From assembly GCF_009914755.1 (NCBI RefSeq), contig NC_060931.1: a DNA stretch of 64,000 nucleotides, one strand, 5' to 3'. The stretch's first letter is position 1; every line of letters begins with the position of its first letter. The notes beneath the pieces were generated by a model. The model was not told the origin of the DNA and searched no databases. It worked only from the letters and a program-made list of their open reading frames with translations. The DNA is from the human T2T-CHM13v2.0 reference genome, Homo sapiens. The position numbers and the translations under genes were made by a program. Of this stretch, positions 26,122 through 43,134 are shown piece after piece.

Positions 26122-26309
26122 CAGTAGTTTTCAAAGTATGGTCCTGGAACCATCAGTATCTCAACACTTGGGGACTTGTTAGACATGCAAATTATCTTGC
26201 CCCACCTAAGACCTGGTGAATTACAAAGTCTGGGGGTGGGGCCATGCAGGAATCTGTTTACCTAGTCTTCTTGGTGATTATGATATAAGCTGAAGTTTAA
26301 GAACAACTG
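26122..26309. mobile_element. MER5A hAT-Charlie MITE
   Basis: TIRs CAGTAGTTTTCAAAGT / AGTTTAAGAACAACTG; internal CTTGTTAGACATGCAAATT; about 190 bp. Confidence 0.88.
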
Positions 26310-26851
26310 GTAAAATGGGTACTTGAAAGATGAGAATGAGTTTATGATCACTGAGTAAATTAAGGAAGTGCAAAAAGCCTTGTTTGCCAATACTCTACAT
26401 CTAACTTCTTAATTGTGCTGCTTTGAAACCACATGTAAACACTCTAAAAAGAAATGAAATAGGGGATGTCCTCTTTGTTTATTATCATCTCCAAACACCC
26501 AGGATTTGGGTGGTAAACACTGTGTTTCTGATCTTGGTATTAGAAACATAGTATTTATTTAAATGCTAGATCCTTCTTTCATGCCAATTACTATCTCCAG
26601 ATGAAAAATTCTGTGTGGCATTCCTAAAAGAACCTCCTATACACCAAATATTTGCATGGCAAAAGTTCATATCATAATGTACTTTTGTACTTTTGGCTGT
26701 AGGTTGTTCTGTGTCCCTGAAGCAAAACTTTATTACATGGAAGTCTTTGGAGTCTAAAAGAGTAGTGATTCACCTATCACTTGTGGGATTGACTAAAACC
26801 AATCAGAAGGCAGGGTGTTCTGGAACTCTGGTTTCTAATGCACACCGAGTC

Positions 26852-27290
26852 CTGTGGCACACTACTAGCTGTCCCCTCAATGCATTCTCCTAGTCTTGCT
26901 GGGCACACAGCAGCTCAGCTAGGGACTACATTTCCCAGACTTCCTTGCAGTGTGAGGTGGACACCTAAGTTTGGGTCAATAGGATGTGCGAAAAGTGAGG
27001 AATGCAATTTCTAGTTATTTTCAACTTAAAGACAATCAGCTTTCCCCGGACTTCCTCCCAAACCCACTCCCCGCTGGGGCTGGAATACCAAAGTAGCAGC
27101 AATCCAGCTTCGGCCATGCTAATGAGGACTACTTACAGGATGGAAGAAAAACATGTAAGGAACTTGTGTCTCTGAATGATCTAAAGGTTCAGGGCTACCC
27201 TGCAGTCTAAGCCAGAATGTTAGGTAAGAGAGAAACAAACCTCTAACATTTTTGTTTCAGCGCTTTACATTAGCTTAAACATTTATAGAC
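26852..27290 (+). mobile_element. MLT1J-like MaLR LTR
   Basis: TGTGGCAC...GGGACTACATTTCCCAGACTTCCTTGCAG...GGAACTTGTGTCTCTGAATGA...GAGAGAAACAAACCTCTA. Confidence 0.7.
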
Positions 27291-28544
27291 AGCTAGGTTA
27301 CAGGAAAACTCCTGAAATTAAATAAGGAAATAAAATCACCAGTGATGTCCTTCACGATACTGAACTGCCTGGAAAAAATTGACTTTAATATTACCATAGA
27401 TGCTACATTGAATTATTTCTTAATCTTGAACAAAGTACGAAGAAGTCACACCAGTTTTAAAAGGTAGATGAGTGACTCAAAAGTCCTACTGAATAAATAA
27501 ACAAAGGTGCTCAAGAAGTGTTTCATCTATTACTGATATAACATAAATTAACATTTAATAGAAACTTAAATTTTTAAGAACAAACTTTACCAGTCTGAAA
27601 ATGGTAACTATTGTTCCACAGTACAAGTCAGTGCTAGAAGGTAAGCTCCAGGAGGGTAATGAATTATGGCTTATTTATTGTTAAATTAACAGAACCTAGA
27701 AAAAATTCCTGGAATAAAATAGGCATGGAGTAAAGCTGTAGAATGAACGAATAATACAATCTCTTTCATGGTCCAACATCCATGCATAATCTGAACAGAT
27801 ATATACTAATACAGAATTGAAAGATTTGCACCTATCTTTAAATACGTTAAATCTTCTTAAAAATAAACCACCATTAAGTCATTTTTTAAAATAACATTAA
27901 AAAATTCTATGATCCTATAATTAAAATTTTGCTATTACACTAACTGATTAAATTCAAGATTTATGAGCAATTGTGTCAAGGAAAAAATATAAACTCTCAG
28001 GCCTATTAAGAAAAATGTAATAGAATCATAAAATTGTATTATATCACAGCCAAATAAACACAGTAAATCCTCTTCTAACAATGCAGTAACATTGGCCTTA
28101 CAATCTTGACTTGTCTTATACATGGCTTTTACTTTGCATAATTGTGTTTTAGAGATATTTTGAAACTTTTCTAAAACCTAATGACGTGGTATAATGCTTG
28201 GGGTATAATGCTATACCCCAAGCACACAATTTATACAAGGTAGAAAAATCAAAAAGACTTTATATTTGGCATTATCTAGTCTATTTTCAGTGAAGAGTTA
28301 ACTCCTCTAGTTAGACCAACCCTTGCTAAAGTGGGGGAAGCCATTCATTCAATAAATCAATAAGTGGACCAGTTATCTTTGTTCCATTCTTAGGCCAAAG
28401 ACTGCACTCTTAATTAGGAATCCTTGTTATTGATCACAGAGGGAACCTGGTGAGTAATAAGATGGATAGCTAAATCCATGAAATTACTAGAAAAATCAGT
28501 ACAAAACCTATTTATTGCATGTATTTAAAGCAACGAGCTCAAAT

Positions 28545-28745
28545 GTCAGCGGAAGTCCAAGAGAGTTGGTTCATGTTCTGGCTCTGAAGTTCTTTTCTGC
28601 ATAATTTTGGACTTCACTTTAGACTTCATTGTACCATAATTTTTCAATATGTTCAATGCAGATATTATTTGGCATCCATTTAACTCATGGAAACATTAAT
28701 AGATTAACATGATAAAATGTCTTGAAATAAAGTAAAGGGCTATTG
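28545..28745 (+). mobile_element. MIR fragment
   Basis: GGAAGTCCAAGAGAGTTGGTTCATGTTCTGGCTCTG... degenerate MIR head and core. Confidence 0.5.
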
Positions 28746-31167
28746 AAGGAAGATATGCTATGGATCCAAGATAGCATTAAACTGATTATTTGAGAGGAAT
28801 TATCCATAGTTTCAAAAGTATTCCATATCTTATTCCCTATTATCTTGCACTTTAACAGATAATCTTCTTTCCTATATGTTAAGCATGAAAATTCTTAACA
28901 ATCTTCAAAGGGAAAAATTCCCACAAAACCCAAAAAATAGTTGGTCTCAAAAAAATGAAACCAACTAAAGGGATACTGCACACTAAAAAGGCAATTAAAA
29001 TGATAAAATATTTCTGTGCTCAGATCTATGGCTGCCAAATTTCTGGTCAACTTCTCAATTTAGAAATATGATCCAATTTAAATGCTTTCTTTTTTTAAAT
29101 CCCCCTTTGAAATTTTCTGGCATAGTCAGAAAAGGTGATATGAAAGATGAGAAAAATCTTAATTATGTCAGAAAGTACAAAGGACTCTTAGAAAGTAAAA
29201 AGCATTTGAAAAACAGTTAAATATTTCCTTAGGATGAAATAGCCAAATGACCCGACTGTGGTTTGAGGAGGTTTAATATGTTTCAGGATAGGTGTAAATC
29301 CTTTAATATTACCTTTGTATATGTCTGTTCTGATTATCCATGGATGTTGGACCATAATGACCAATCTATGCTAAGTAGTCAGTCCCCATCTCTGTATCAA
29401 TTCTTGGTCACTGTTTAAGAGACTTGTTCTGGCTCTTAGTTTTAAAATCTTACTAGAAGATAGGTTAAAACCTAATATGCTCTAATTTTCTACATTCCTT
29501 GTATGTGCTTACTCTGGTTTCTCCTCTATGCGAAGCTTTATTCTTCAAGCCTATTCTTCTAGTCCTTATGGAGTCTACCCCATTTTAAAGCTGATAGAGT
29601 TAGCTCCTTTCGGTCAAATACAGTATGTTCATTCTTATTCTCAACCCAGGAGGACATTTCTTTGGCCATTAAAAAACCTAGTTTGAAAGCGTGTCTGAAT
29701 TTTCTGATGTGTGTTAAAAAATACAAACAAGAAATCTCATTGTGCTTGTATCCATCTCCAACCTGAACAAAACAAGTGACAAATCATCCCTCTTCCTAAC
29801 CACTTCCCTTCATTTGTACCTTTTCTCTAGTCACCCAAACACAAAGTCTAATTTTAACCAAGTAAATATTTGATAATTTCAGATAAATTACTTAAGACTC
29901 CTATGAAAGCAACTGATATTCCCAAAGCATTAATTTTTAAAAAAAATTTAAATAAATATACATGAAGACATATATAATTGTGTACAAACAGGTTGGAAGA
30001 AAATGATTACAACTTTTTGTAAAGAAGTCTTTAAATCTATCCTTTTAAATACAACTTCATTAGTGTTATAGTTATTTAAGGTATCCTACCAAGGAAACAG
30101 AAAATTTTCAATTCTGTATGCAAATCTTGTCATCCTCACAAAAACTGGCCCCCAGCTAAACCACTGACTCTTGGACTGTCCCTTGAACCAGATACAAGTC
30201 AGAAGAAATCAGTATAACTTCTGCCCTAGTTGATGACAGAAATTGGCTTAATATCTGTGTGTTATGATTACAATGGTTTCTAGAGCTACACACAGCCTGA
30301 AGGTTTTTAAGAAAAAGTTACAAATGAGTTTGCTAAAATATTCTCAAAGTTTTAAAATTTTACCTTAAAAAAAGATTGCCATGGAAGGAAAGTACATGGG
30401 AAAATATTAGTTTTTCACTTTAATAATTACATTTAGTAATTACATTTCAATAATTACATTTCAATACTCAGTGTCTGCTTAAAATACATATTCAAATAAA
30501 GATAAAAGCTATCTCAGGACATGGTAAGGACTGTAAAATTCAACTTAAATGCATTCTGTTAAGGATAATTTCATTTTTACTTTGTTCCAATACCCTAGCC
30601 CACACCTAGGAATTTGGCTTGGTGGTAGTAGGCAGTATAAAGCAGAGCAGCCACCATGCGCTAACAATCTCAGTACATCTGCTGTCATCCAACATTTCAA
30701 ATCTTCAGTCTGCAATTATAATAGGAGAAGGGAATCAAGAGTTTATTTATTTTGGGCAGCCCTTTATGAATGAATGCAGTCACTAAAAGGCTAATTGTGT
30801 CTTCTGAGCTATTAATTGACTTAGCTCCAGGAGTACTGTATAAAACATATGGCACAAGATCCAAGCAACTGTCCAGGGCTGTGCACAGGGGGCATTTGGC
30901 TTCTCTTTGAAAAGAAGAACCGAAGGTAATCCCTTTGCAGCTGCAGTGCAGATGGTTTTCTTTACACCATTTCACTGAATACTAAACAGAAACTGGAAAA
31001 AGTTTGGAAACATAATAAACAAACAGCTGAGTGTTAGCTTAAATGCTCTCTGCATCTATCAGAGGGAAGCATTCAGAATCTCTGGATGTTTACCAGATAG
31101 TTTAAAGGAAACATAGAGACGTGAAAACTGGATGAAATGATTTTGAAATTGTACCTAAATATGGTTC

Positions 31168-31313
31168 TATGTGGTTTTCGTCAAAGCAACAATATAATTA
31201 AATCTCTCTGAAACTTCAGTTATGGGTGTCATGATTCATAATCCTCGACATCATAAAAAGTTTAGGTTTCCTCGGAAATATGCTGAAATGGATAAAGCTA
31301 AAATCACCCTTCC
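31168..31313 (+). repeat. Diverged direct repeat B, copy 1
   Basis: TGAAACTTCAGTTATGGGTGTCATGA...GACATCATAAAAAGTTT...TGCTGAAATGGATAAAGCT aligns with 33157-33284. Confidence 0.88.
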
Positions 31314-32888
31314 TATAGGAGTTACTTGAAAATCACCGTTAACCTTCATTCTTCTTCCTTAATGTGGCAACCTAAAACCCTGTCATCTTTCCCAAATAAA
31401 AATGCACAGTGAAGCTCAATTACCGTTTCAACTTCACATCATTTTTCTACACTGGCAGAAAGAAACCATCAAATAAGAGCCTGGTTGGTGGGCAGGCAAA
31501 AAGCAAAGTCATATCAATGAAGAGATTTGGCCTGTTAATATTCAGTAGGTAATAAATAATAATGTATTTAGCTCACTGAAGAAGACTAAGATATTAATAC
31601 TAAAAACAAATCAGGTAAATACTAAAAACAAATACTCTTAGACATTGGGATTGCAGTAGTAACAAAATACCTGTCATGCCTATCAACATATATACATTAT
31701 TTTATATATAGCAAGAAAGACCAAAATATTAGCCTTTTTAGTTCTAATTATGAATAAGATTATGAAAAAGATTATGACTAGTATTTATGGATAACTTGCT
31801 TTAACTTTTTTTGGTCAGGTGCCAATCCAGATTTTTCCTAAATAAACATATATTGTATTATCTTTATAAAGAAAAGTTACCTAAAAGACTATGTTACATA
31901 CTGTATTAATAACAAACGGGCCAGACCAAAAGGTAATATTACTTTATGTAAAATACATTATGAACTAGATAAATATAATAATTTCTTTATGTTTTCTCAA
32001 ATCTCCTAGAAAATAGTGTTAAAATGAAGTTCTTCAAAACCTGAAATAAACAATTACTACATTTCTCTAACAGGGCAACTATCTGTTTCATCAGTTGGAT
32101 ACTTCATGAGTTTTAAACAACAAAGCAATTCATTAGGCAAAATATATTCTGAAGCCCTACTATCCAATGACACCAAACCGAAAATAATCTAAGAATATAA
32201 AATAAAAATTACTCCTCTTTGCCACTGCTCACCCTTTCCCCCATTCTTCAGTTCCAAAAGCTTTACATACACTTTGGAAACAGCAGTAGCTTTGCATTAT
32301 GAAAAACACGAAAGACAAAGCACACCAACGCCAACTCTAAGAGGTTGGTGGCTGGTGTAAAGGCTTCCTTCCTAAATGCCTGCCATCTGGAGCCGGTGTC
32401 CTCACTATTCTGCCTTGCCGGCTTCCATCTCGTTCCCAACTCTCAGCTGGAAATGTTTTGCTTATCCCTTGTTTAGTCCTCTTAATTTCTTTCTTCTCAC
32501 TTGCTTGATTTCATTTAACTTGGTGAAACAGTACAATGGCTGCATTTAATTCATTTATCAATATTCAGCTAAAAAGGACTATAAGAGAATTCACATATGG
32601 CTGCTGATACCATTTCTGGCCCATTGAGTAAAAAGACTCTTAACATTTCAAATTCTTCAGTGAGAAAAATTCAGCTATAAGTCACTGAAGAAATAGTTAT
32701 AATCAGATAGCATGTGTTGCTAAAGGAGCTATTATGTTACCCATTCCAAACATCTTAATATACTGGGGGCATAAGACCCCTTTCTGGTATGTCAGTTATT
32801 AAACAGCCTAAGAAAAGAGCTGAATTGTTGACATGAGAATGAACATTTAAGCTGCTTGTCAGTACTCTGGTTATGGTAAGAACCTTAA

Positions 32889-33006
32889 CCCATTTATTCC
32901 TGAGGTTGCAATTTTTTGAATCTTTGCCATCAGACCTTAAGCAGTAGGATATAAATAACTCCCACATGCTTAGAGTTCCGATAATGGAACACTAGGCATA
33001 AATGGG
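32889..33006. mobile_element. MER85 piggyBac MITE (PGBD3-dependent)
   Basis: TTAA|CCCATTTATTCCTGAGGTTGCAATTTTTTGAA...GGAACACTAGGCATAAATGGG|ATTAA. TIRs are present, the left TTAA target is at 32885-32888, and the internal palindrome GTTCCGATAATGGAAC is at 32975-32990. Confidence 0.92.
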
Positions 33007-33156
33007 ATTAATGAGCCTCAAATATCCTCAGTGGCAGAGTTTGAAGCTTGGGGATAAACAGACCACAGCCTAATTCAGTTTGAAAGTGATTAATTATAAT
33101 AAACAATACCTGAATTTGTGAAGTAGTTTGTACTGATATGTTATTTAAGCCTCAAA

Positions 33157-33284
33157 TATGTGTTTTTCTTCAAATTAATACGACTAAATATTTGAAACTT
33201 CAATTATGGGTGCCATGACTTGACATCATAAAAAGTTTGTTTCCCTGAAAATGTGCTGAGATGCGTAAAGCTGAAACCACTTCC
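33157..33284 (+). repeat. Diverged direct repeat B, copy 2
   Basis: TGAAACTTCAATTATGGGTGCCATGA...GACATCATAAAAAGTTT...TGCTGAGATGCGTAAAGCT. Confidence 0.88.
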
Positions 33285-34059
33285 ATTTCTATCAGGTCAG
33301 CAACGTAGAACCCTGTGTACCTACCCTGGGGTGACAGGAGAGGCCATGTTGAGGATATGGGGGACAGATGAAGGCTGGGGTGACTGAAAGATTCCCCAGG
33401 CTCTGGCTTCTGATACCAGACCCTATGTACTTGGATATTTTTGATTTGCTTGACATGTACTCGGGTAATGAAACCAGTGAAATTTATTAGTTTTTTTTAT
33501 TGGTTTGACAGTCATTTTTCTTAAGGAAAAAAATAAATATTATTGCTTTTTAGCAATTTTCTCTATTTTTATAACACTGTAAAATATTTTCCTCATACAG
33601 TGGAGAAGCACAAGGCTTAATTGTTTAAAAATCACCAATTCTAGAATGACCTTAGTGACTCATAAAGAAGATATCACAGAAAATCCTAAAAATCAAATCT
33701 ATGAAGGCCTTAATGCCAAGCATTAGCCTGGTGAGAAATGTGATAAAGGTTCATATATTCATAAACAAATATAAGGGATGGCAATTTATTATAAATATCA
33801 TTCTGGGCTTATTCATCAATGCAGCTGGAACAGGTGAAGGTAAGTGTACAAACAACTTTCCCTTTTCTTTTTTTATTTTTATCCAGACAATTTTTGGCAG
33901 AAGTATTGGTTTAGCTTCTATAGCAATTTAATTAAAATTGAAATAGTCTGTGTATTTTTTGTTTAATTTTTAAGCTATGGTAATTTAGAGCTATTATATA
34001 CAGTAAAGTGTTATGCAAACATTGTAAACAAATGAAGACATCCAAGAGAGTATTATCAT

Positions 34060-34310
34060 GGATATGTGCTGTATTTATTGCCTGGCATCTCGTACCCTTT
34101 CTGGAAACAGCATCCTGGTTTTTCTTCATGCAACCACCCTTCCCTAGTTGTTAGTCCATGCAGTTTAAGTAGAATTGACTCCACCTCTGGCTTAAGAGGG
34201 GCCCACCTAATAAGAGCATCCTAACCCTCTGGCCACAGTGATTGGCTCAGGGACAGGCATATGACCTAAGCCATTCAATAAGATTCAAGTTAGAACTTTG
34301 CTGCTACTTC
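34060..34310 (+). mobile_element. MLT1 (K/L-like) LTR fragment
   Basis: CCCTCTGGCCACAGTGATTGGCTCAGGGACAGGCATATGACCTAAGCC is a typical MLT1K/L core. Confidence 0.6.
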
Positions 34311-35759
34311 TACCTCTATTCTTCTCCAGGGATAATCACTGATAGCCTGTTTCATATGTACTCGTCCAACCTTATTTCTCTGACACATATATTTGGTGAT
34401 GGAATAAACCTATAGATACATATATCCACATATGTATATATACATAAATGTACCTATGTAGTTTCTAAATAGAGTGGTACAATATAGGAAGTGAATCTCT
34501 TTTACTCAGATTATTTACATCTTTCCATTTCAGAGCAACAGATCTGCCCTAAATTCTTAATCTCTGTATTCTAACAAATAGAGAAAATAATTTACAATCT
34601 AATCAATAGGATGTCCTATACCATAGCAGACTATGAGGGTAGAAAAACCCTAGCTGAAGCAACAGCTCATTTCTGATCACCCTCTGCATCATTATTTGGC
34701 ACCTCAGGAGTGACACAGGAGTTAGAAGGAGCCAGTGATAAAGGGGGAGAAAGTCCTATGGAAGTGGTGGGCTTAAGAAAAATGGAGACAGAAATGCAGT
34801 ATAATTCAGAAGAGAGAAACAGTGTAATCTGAAACAAGTCTCGCTGCTATCTTCTAGGAGCTGGCATCAGAAGGCTTTATTTAGCAGGAGGACAAGGCAT
34901 ATGTTGGTTCTAATGAAACCAGGCTCAGGCTAGACTTGGAATTAAGTTACATATCCTGGATCAGGATTGGGAGTTTGGGACTGAAGTCTCAATTGTCTCA
35001 CAGAAGATGGAGGCTGGGGTAAATGAAGACAGAGAAGAAGGGAAAACTTGTTTCAAAATCATGAACATTAACTCATAATGAGAACTCATAATGAGATCTT
35101 ATTGTTTGCAAAGTTACTAAGAACAGGACACTCATTTCGTTTTTCATTTATCCTCACCTAAAATTCCATGTATAGATGATACTTCTTTATGTATTTCTCT
35201 CTTCTTAAAAGAAAAAAAAAGGCAAATCAAGCAAATGCCAAGTCTGTTTTTATTAAAATATACATACATTCACACAACTGGCATTTTCAAGTGGTACTGC
35301 ATTTTTTATGGCAACTAGTTTGCTTAATAAAAACTCCTAGAAGACCTGACACAGCATGAAGCTGAATTAGAGTTACGAGGAATCACTTTGCAGTAAAATG
35401 TTTTCCCCTATATTTTACCACTAACCTCTTTTTTCAGGATTAAGGACATTGTGAAAAAGTTGTCATAAAATCAAAGGATATAGAATGGAAAGAGGTACAT
35501 GAAGAGTTTTTCTAACTTTCTAAATCATCTTATTTTTATACTTTATTCAATAACTAATTCTCATTTTAAACTGAAACTCCCTCTCTTATTGAATTCATTT
35601 GAGCAAAAATTGAAGTCAAACTGTTTTTCCTTTTTTTATTTGGTCCTTTTAACAGAAAAAAATTACCATTTTGCAACATTACTTCAGGTCTGTTTTGGGT
35701 ATGAAAATTCTTAATTGTCTGTGGGTTAAGAATTATTTAAAAACATAAAGTTAAAACAT

Positions 35760-35930
35760 TTCTTTCTTTTTTTTTTTTTGAGACAGGGTCTTGCTCTGTC
35801 AGCCAGGCTACAGTACAGTGGTGTGATCATAGCACACAGTGGCCCTGATCTCCCAGGCTCAAAACATCCTCCCACTTCAGACTCCTGAGTAGCTGGGACT
35901 ACAGACGCATGCCACCACACCTGGCCTATT
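35760..35930 (-). mobile_element. Alu right monomer (FRAM/AluJ-type)
   Basis: Poly-T followed by GAGACAGGGTCTTGCTCTGTC...GATCATAGC...CCACCACACCTGGCC; no left arm. Confidence 0.85.
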
Positions 35931-37036
35931 TTTTCTAACACGCCTGGCCTAAAATATTGTTTAATCAAAGTCAGGCTACCAGAGGGAATGGTGGAAGGAT
36001 GTTAACTGTAGATAAAAATAAGAAAGCTAAGAAGTATAATTATGAAGAGACAGATCAGAAATTCTAAGCAAACACACCAGGATTTTTTTTTTTTTTACTT
36101 TCTATAAATACTGTCCTAGACTAATTTAATATTTATTAACTCTACTAAAGTAGTTCCATCACCCAATTTGTAAAGTGCATTTTTTGCCTGAGTTTAAAAT
36201 AGAAAGAACACTTTAAAATTACACCAAAAGGAAAGAAATTTTACTGTACTGTTTCCTCAGATAAAATAATTTCATCTCAACTAATTTCCTGGACAGAAAC
36301 GTATTTTCCATACTTAATTCAGAACACAGGCTATTTTTTTAACGCTTATGAGTATATTAACTAAAGACATCAATTCCCAATGAAACAGAGAACACTCTTG
36401 ATTTGATTGGCAGGATTGGGCTCTCTCTGCTTGTGAACATCAGCTAGAAATTGCTACATTACCATTTTACTGTATTGTTTTCAGGAGCAGTTCTAAACGC
36501 ATAGTCAAGCAACATTCCAAATTCCATCCCCAGTTTTCCTCTCTGGAGAATTTTTCTTATGTCACAGGAATGGTGTATAATGTTTTTATAAGCAATTGCC
36601 ATTTTAAGGTAGCAAAATCATTAACTGGGGCCTACTTGAGGTTATCAGTTTTTCCTATTTTGGAACCTACATAATTTTATTATGACTAAACAATAGCTGA
36701 AGAGCATTGTTCTCTATTTACTCCTAAGATGAAAATGTATATGACCTTGAGGAAATATCAAAGTAAAAAAAAAAAAACTATATAGTAAAAAAGCATTATC
36801 AGAGTATTAATTATTAATAATAGGCTAAGAATTAAAAGAGGGAGCATTTATATCTAAAAAAATCACAAACCAATAAACTGTTTTGGCTGTTAAGTATATG
36901 CTTCATATTTACCAGGACAACCTGATTTCTTTTTCTTTTTTTCTTCTATTTCTTTTATTTTACTTTAAGAGAAATGGACTTACTCTATCGCTCAGAGTAG
37001 AATTCTTTTTCAACAAAAACAATTGGTCAAGTACAG

Positions 37037-37065
37037 ATATATATATATATATATGTATATATATA
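37037..37065. repeat. (AT)n microsatellite
   Basis: Directly visible. Confidence 0.95.
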
Positions 37066-37253
37066 AAATTTAGCTGTATGAAAGTCATTTCTAATAATTG
37101 ATTGCTCAGAAAGAAACCTCATTACAAATTGGTATTTTAAGTATAAAATAAACTTAAGACAGATGTGATCACAATACTTAACTTGTTAATAGAAATTTGT
37201 TATGATATTTAATCTATTTCCTCCTCAATATGCCAGGGACCATGTAGGTTTCA

Positions 37254-39343
<2,090 letters not shown>

Positions 39344-39400
39344 TATGATGTTAGCTGGTTATTTTGCTCATTAGTTGATGCAGTTTCTTCCTAGCCTTGA

Positions 39401-41241
<1,841 letters not shown>

Positions 41242-42897
41242 ACAATGAGAACACATGGACACAGGAAGGGGAACATCACACTCTGGGGACTGTTGTTGGG
41301 TGGGGGGCGGGGGGAGGGATAGCATTAGGAGATATACCTAATGTAAATGACGACTTAATATGTGCAGCACACCAACATGGCACATGTATACATATGTAAC
41401 AAACCTGCACATTGTGCATATGTACCCTAAAACTTAAAGTATAATAATAACAAAATAAAAAAAAGAAAAAAAAATCAGTTCTGACTGGAGAAGTTAGCAA
41501 AGGATTTGTGAACTTCCTTTGGAACTTCCTTTGGAACTGTAACTTAACTTGGGTGGAACCTTGCTGGAAGTCATGGTAAGGTAAAGATAGGTTACAGCGG
41601 AAGAGAAGCAGCTTAGTGTTTGGGGAGGTTCGGAGGCTGGGAGAGAATGAGGCTGTGATGGAACTGAGAAAGGCCTTCAAGCCCAAGCAGTTTCTATATG
41701 ATATGAACTTTACCCTACATGAACTGTGATGCATATATTTTGGCTGAAGTGCAGAAATGTCCCCATTTTGAAAACTGTGAAGAACTCCCAGGATGTCTAA
41801 TTAAAATAGGGTATGGATAATGAAAGTGATCCCATAAGTGTGCTGGTGGAGAGCTGCTTCCACTTACTTTTCTGTGCAAACCCAAACCATCACTATCACA
41901 AAGTTCCAAAAACCATGACCTCAGCAACATGTAATTGTTAGGTACTCACTATGAATTTCTTAAACCACACAGTATGAATTCTTTTAGCAAATTAGGCCCC
42001 AATGATTTTACTAAGCAAAATGTCCCACTGTAGAACATCATGTGAATTTTAGAGCTAGAGGAGCTCAGAATGGGGAAAATGGATAATAATACGAATTAAA
42101 AGGAAGAAGTTGAAATTCCTAGTTAAATAATCATTATAAATTATATCTTTCAAGTAAAACTACAACTATTGATTTCCATGGTGTGTGTAAACAAGACAAT
42201 ACAAACGTGTTTTATAAACTGACTATACCTTTTTTCTTAATTTCTCTATATCTTTTAAACAATATTTACATGCTGTTCATTTTGTTTTATTTAATTTTCC
42301 ATATTTACCTTGTTTTTCATATCTAGAGTATGACAATCTAGCAACTCTTTATTTCTGGTAACATTCTAAAATGTTTTATTTGGAACCACTTATTATGGCA
42401 GATGATAAAAATCTAGGCTCAGTTTTATCACCTCCACCTAACTCCTAAAATAGATGACATAAATTCAATAAGAATCTAAATCTACTTATCTTCAGGGTAC
42501 AATACAAAATCCATCTACTTATTCAAATTTTTGATTAACAGCATTCATATTTATGAAATGCTCTGGGCTTTGCAGGTGAAAATATGTGAAACTCAAGTAT
42601 CATTAAATATTCTGTGATGTTATCACAGTGTTTTGTGTGCATATGTGCTAATGTTCAATAACTTTACCCTGAGATCTAATATGCATCATAAACTTACAAA
42701 ACAAGAAAATCTCTTCTTATGTGTTTAATTCACCTAATAAATCACAAAGAAAATTATAAAATAAGCTATATCAATAAAGTAGCTTATGGAATATCGGTGT
42801 TTTGTTTCCCATTGAATACTGGGTGGTCTGCAACTGCAACACAGTAACTAGTAAGTATTATCTGAACATATATGTTTCATATTATGAGTATTATCTG

Positions 42898-42930
42898 ACA
42901 CACACACACACACCCACCCACCCACTCACC
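42898..42930. repeat. (CA)n / (CACC)n microsatellite
   Basis: Directly visible. Confidence 0.9.
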
Positions 42931-43134
42931 CATAACAGTTCATGCTAAATTTGATCTAACATCTGTAAAGAGGAAACTTCTGACCTTTAGCAAATTTATC
43001 AATAAAGGAGAATATCTGCAATGTTATTGTCTATAAGGCATACATAATTTTTCAACTCAAATTATATTTTTGGTTAACCTACTCATGATGGCACAGACTC
43101 TACCCTAATAAGGGGTGGTAGGAAGTACACCGAA

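Noticed and set aside
30424-30466. Three copies of TAATTACATTT, plus short doublets near 18650, 35070 and 41510
   Set aside because: These are ordinary slippage duplications with no further structure.
35420-35500. Plus-strand exon after ACTAACCTCTTTTTTCAG (35438-35494)
   Set aside because: All frames have stops, the donor GTACAT is weak, the branch point is very close to the AG, and it opposes the inferred host strand.
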